From Candidatus Hodarchaeota archaeon (GTDB lineage Archaea; Asgardarchaeota; Wukongarchaeia; Wukongarchaeales; Wukongarchaeaceae), in the NCBI GenBank assembly GCA_048886645.1, contig JBHLKN010000001.1, forward strand, positions 30,732 through 60,213: a stretch of 29,482 nt of DNA. The letters run 5' to 3'. The notes beneath the pieces were generated by a model that ran no database searches, was not told where the DNA came from, and was given only the letters and a program-made list of their open reading frames with translations. This document shows, piece after piece, positions 26,102-29,482 of the stretch. The position numbers and the translations under genes were made by a program. The stretch's first letter is position 1. Each line of letters begins with the position of its first letter.

Positions 26102-26164
26102 AGAAAAACCACCAAAAAAAACATTGAGAATTTTTATAAAAATTTGAGCATAAAAATATAATAC

Positions 26165-26347
26165 CTAAAATAAAGCCTGGAAAAAGTAAACTAGAAAAAG
26201 TGCTGCTAAAATTAGAAAAGCGAAAAAGGCGCAGATGCAGAGGTTTACAGTCTTTTCAGAAGGAGGTTTTTGCTCTTCTTTTTCTTCTTCAAGGTCCCCG
26301 TAATATTTTAATGCTTTTTTTATCATTTCATCAGGATCTCTGTTCAA
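26165..26347 (-). CDS. Small hypothetical protein with an acidic N-terminus and one C-terminal TM
   Basis: 60 aa. GGAGG lies about 10 nt upstream of the TTG start. C-terminus is LCICAFFAFLILAALFLVYFF. Confidence 0.35.
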   Translation of the reverse strand: MNRDPDEMIKKALKYYGDLEEEKEEQKPPSEKTVNLCICAFFAFLILAALFLVYFFQALF

Positions 26348-26518
26348 TATTAGTTTTCCTCCTCAATCTTGACCAATTAAAACCTTAGTTTTTTCATAAA
26401 ATTTTCCCCGCTCTGTAGAAAACCTAAAAGAAATAAAAAAACACAAGCTAATATAAAAAAGGTTTCTAAAAACTAGGATATTTAAAAAACAAGAAAAAAT
26501 TAGTAGTAGGGTGGTTTT

Positions 26519-26989
26519 TTACCAGTTTATGAGCTCTAAGGCGTCTTTTATGTCTTTCTCAACGGTTTCGGGTTTTGCTGGGGCTTTTGGTCTTTCCATT
26601 AGTATTTTGTTGACTTTCTCAACGGCTTTGGATAATTTAAGCCTGATTAAGCCAATATTTGCATTTTTATCCACAGCCACCGAAATAATATGGTAGTTAA
26701 AACAAGGTTTAATGAGGATAAATCCTTTTGAAAACTCAAGGCTTAAAAAGGCCATTCTTTTCATTTTCGCCCTTTCGCCTTGTTCCATATTACCTGAGAA
26801 AATCGCGTGAGATATAGGGCCCATAACCAACTCTTTGGGATCATCTTTTGCTAGGCCTGCACTGAATAATAAAAGCCCAACATCGTCTACCAAAACCACT
26901 GAAATAATGTGCTTGTCTGAACTATACAATTCCTCCAACACAGAACTAATTTCTACGATCTTTTCTTGCAAAAATAAAGACCCACCCAA
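26519..26989 (-). CDS. Roadblock/LC7 (MglB-like) domain protein, tentative
   Basis: 156 aa. The pattern HIISVVLVDDVGLLLFSAG ... MAFLSLEFSKGFILIKP ... HIISVAVDKNANIGLIRLKL resembles Robl/LC7 alpha-beta-alpha sandwich proteins. Confidence 0.5.
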   Translation of the reverse strand: MGGSLFLQEKIVEISSVLEELYSSDKHIISVVLVDDVGLLLFSAGLAKDDPKELVMGPISHAIFSGNMEQGERAKMKRMAFLSLEFSKGFILIKPCFNYHIISVAVDKNANIGLIRLKLSKAVEKVNKILMERPKAPAKPETVEKDIKDALELINW

Positions 26990-27140
26990 TTAACACTTAT
27001 ATACTTAAATAACTTCTAAAACAAATAAATAACTTCTAGAAAAAATATCCGAGTTTCTAAAAGAAAAATCCGCAAAAATAAAGACTAAAAAAACAATTTC
27101 CCTATAATTAGCCGATGCACCCATCTTTCTTGCCGTTTCT

Positions 27141-29099
27141 TCAGCCTTTTCCTAGAACCGTTTTTATCTCTTCTTTTAAGATTCGGCTAACGGTCTTTCC
27201 ATCAATTTTTCCACGAAATTCTTTCATAACCTCCCCCATTAAAGGACCGACAGATTTCTCCCCTCTCTCCTTAACTAGATTGAGGTTTTTCTCCACTACC
27301 TCTCTTATGAAAACTCTAAGCCTTTCAACGGACACCGTTTCAAGCTCCAACTTTTCAACAGCCATATTAGCAGTATCTCCAGGATTATTAGCAAGATGTG
27401 TTAAAAGATCGTCAATGACTTCTTTTGCCACACGATTTTCAGCTAAAAGTTCAAAAACCTGCCAAAGATGATCCCTTGTTATCCTATCAACAGGAACACC
27501 ATCCCGGCCTAAAGCCTTCATCTTCTGAAGAACAGTGGTAGCTACAAGCATCGGATCAATACCAAGTTCACTAACAATAATTTCAAATAAAACAGCATAA
27601 TCATGAACCGCCAAATCATGGGCTAAAGTCTCAGGTAGTTTAAGCTCTTTTACATACTTTTCCTCACGAACCCACGGATACTCCGGCAACTCCGTCCTAA
27701 TTTTTTCCACCAGCTCCCCAGGAATAGATATTGGAGGCGTATCCGTATCAGGATACATCCTAGCACCACCACCAAGAGGTCTTTCAAACTCCGTATTACC
27801 CTCAGGCAACGCCCTCCTAGTCTCCGGCGGCACACCGTCCAAAGTCTCTTTAGCCCGAATTACACACTCTTCGAGAGCTTTCATAGCCCTCTCAGACTCA
27901 GAAACAACCACAACAACACAATCAGCATCAGCACCAGCACCAAAAACAGATAACAGAGCCTCTTTTTCTTCCTCGGAAATGTTATAAGCTGGAAGCTCAT
28001 CTGTATGAATTATACCACCAACCCCAGCAATCACCCGAGCCCTATCCGCTATTTCTTTCCCAAACCTCCTCCCTGGCTGAACCTCCTTCCCAAGCAAACC
28101 GCCAAAACCTGAAAGTTTAACGCCTAAAACAATATCACCTTTGCTCACAGCTTTCTTGATAAACTTAGCCTTAGTCTCTGAGAAAATATTAGTGACATCC
28201 TTAAAATCAGCAACTAAATCGCCCGACTTTACCCCCCTCCGCTCTAACTCATCCCTAATCTCAAGAAGAGCCAACTGCCTTAAAACTTCATTCCTCACAA
28301 GAGGTACAACCCATTCAAGCTTCTGAACCCCCTTAACCTCTGCACGCGTCCCTCCCTCAATGCTCACATTAATATCCTGACGTACCGTCCCCAAACCCCT
28401 TCTAACATGCCCCGTTCCTCGAAGCAACCTGCTTATTCTATGAGCGGCCTCCTCAGCCTCCTCAGGCGACGACATATCCGGATAGGTAGCAATCTCCACC
28501 AGAGGAATACCGATACGATCAGTCCTCCAAACAATCTCCTCCTCATTTTCATCGATTTCTCTACAAGCATCCTCCTCCAAAGAAAGCAAAGAAACCCTGA
28601 TCTTTTTACCACTCTTTAAAGACAAAAAACCCCCAGTCCCCACAATCATCGTCCTCTGAAAACCCGTAGGCACACTACCATCAAGATACTGCTTCCGAGA
28701 AATATGCCACTCATCAAGCACATCCACATTAAACAAAAGAGCAATCTCTATAGCAATATTCACAGACTCCTCATCCACCTCAAAAGGCGGAATCTCATCA
28801 ATCTCATAAAGACAAGTAGAATCATCATAAATCTCATAAACTATCCGCTTACCCTTCTTAAACTCCATAAGAGCAGTCGGATCAAACTCCCCCATCTCAC
28901 TCAAAGTCGGCCGCATAAAACGAACCACGCGCGAATCAGGATCCTCCGTTCTCAACTCCGCAGGACACCGACAAAAAAGCTTCCCCCGAGTAGACAACTG
29001 CTGATGAAGTTCTAAACCCACCTTAAGACCAAGCTCACCATAATCCAAATCACTTCCAACCATTTCAAAAACCCCAAGAGTCCACTCCATAAAACCCAA
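27141..29099 (-). CDS. gatE: Glutamyl-tRNA(Gln) amidotransferase subunit E (archaeal GatE)
   Basis: Contains DYGELGLKVGLELHQQL...KLFCRCP, DEDACRE, VRQDINVS and a C-terminal GatB/YqeY-like tail. The true start is probably an inner ATG (29090 or 29063), because the track start is TTG. Confidence 0.93.
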   Translation of the reverse strand: MGFMEWTLGVFEMVGSDLDYGELGLKVGLELHQQLSTRGKLFCRCPAELRTEDPDSRVVRFMRPTLSEMGEFDPTALMEFKKGKRIVYEIYDDSTCLYEIDEIPPFEVDEESVNIAIEIALLFNVDVLDEWHISRKQYLDGSVPTGFQRTMIVGTGGFLSLKSGKKIRVSLLSLEEDACREIDENEEEIVWRTDRIGIPLVEIATYPDMSSPEEAEEAAHRISRLLRGTGHVRRGLGTVRQDINVSIEGGTRAEVKGVQKLEWVVPLVRNEVLRQLALLEIRDELERRGVKSGDLVADFKDVTNIFSETKAKFIKKAVSKGDIVLGVKLSGFGGLLGKEVQPGRRFGKEIADRARVIAGVGGIIHTDELPAYNISEEEKEALLSVFGAGADADCVVVVVSESERAMKALEECVIRAKETLDGVPPETRRALPEGNTEFERPLGGGARMYPDTDTPPISIPGELVEKIRTELPEYPWVREEKYVKELKLPETLAHDLAVHDYAVLFEIIVSELGIDPMLVATTVLQKMKALGRDGVPVDRITRDHLWQVFELLAENRVAKEVIDDLLTHLANNPGDTANMAVEKLELETVSVERLRVFIREVVEKNLNLVKERGEKSVGPLMGEVMKEFRGKIDGKTVSRILKEEIKTVLGKG

Positions 29100-29256
29100 A
29101 AAACCTTCTTAACTAAAAATGATAAACAAAAAACTAGCTTTTAACATTAGCGCAAAATACAAAAAAAACTAAAATTTTTATCAAAGGAAATCTGAAAAGC
29201 TTTAATATTATACTATAATCAAATAAAGCCTTTAAAAACCAGAAAAATATAAAAAA

Positions 29257-29481
29257 CTAGTAAAGTTGCTTTTCTGATCCACATATCATGTTTATACTCA
29301 TATCGGCATGATTAAGCTGCTTTTTAGTATAAGGTTTTAAGAGCTTAAAACCGAAATTAGAATACCATTCTATAAGACCTTTTCTCCTCTCCAAAAACTC
29401 CTTTCTTGACAATTGTTCACCGCTTTCTTCAAAAGGCTTTACAACAAGGGTCGCTGTTGCATTTCTCCCATCTAAAAAGTC
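29257..29481 (-). CDS. 3' end of an unidentified ORF running into the window edge
   Basis: The minus-strand frame is open from 29481 to the TAG stop (complement of 29257-59) and reads ...ATLVVKPFEESGEQLSRKEFLERRKGLIEWYSNFGFKLLKPYTKKQL... The WYSNFGFK region is faintly GNAT-like. Not in the ORF track because its start lies outside the window. Confidence 0.3.
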   Translation of the reverse strand, partial: DFLDGRNATATLVVKPFEESGEQLSRKEFLERRKGLIEWYSNFGFKLLKPYTKKQLNHADMSINMICGSEKQLY

Positions 29482-29482
29482 C

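Overview
AT-rich archaeal chromosomal segment (archaeal ribosomal proteins, RpoD, Orc1/Cdc6, GatE). From left to right it holds: the 3' end of an MMPL transporter gene; a PhzF-like isomerase; an rpoD-rpl18e-rpl13-rps9 operon on the minus strand; a MutS-like ATPase with an N-terminal HhH domain; a DUF62 SAM hydrolase; a 550-aa alpha-solenoid protein; and a small membrane protein. An unusual block follows at about 10.3-13.1 kb, with four parts. (1) The strand composition flips abruptly from an A/C-rich tract to a T/G-rich tract. (2) A 620-aa TnpB/Cas12-like RuvC protein is bounded by 13-bp direct repeats identical to nucleotides 1-13 of the adjacent tRNA. (3) That tRNA is tRNA-Phe(GAA) and carries a non-canonical intron in the D-arm. 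(4) A 5S rRNA gene is circularly permuted: the 3' part is encoded before the 5' part, the natural ends are capped by a UUCG loop, and the new ends sit in a bulge-helix-bulge (BHB) processing stem, where cleavage and ligation would recreate the canonical 5S sequence. orc1/cdc6 lies immediately downstream, so this block may also contain a replication origin. The rest of the window encodes a SufS-like cysteine desulfurase, four tandem paralogous PBS-lyase-type HEAT-repeat proteins, a radical SAM protein, an HxHxQ-type HIT protein, an overlapping wHTH-like gene plus Orc-like P-loop ATPase pair, a TauE/SafE permease, a Roadblock/LC7-like protein and GatE. No CRISPR array was seen. All calls come from reading the sequence and the ORF translations by eye. 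No database search was run.
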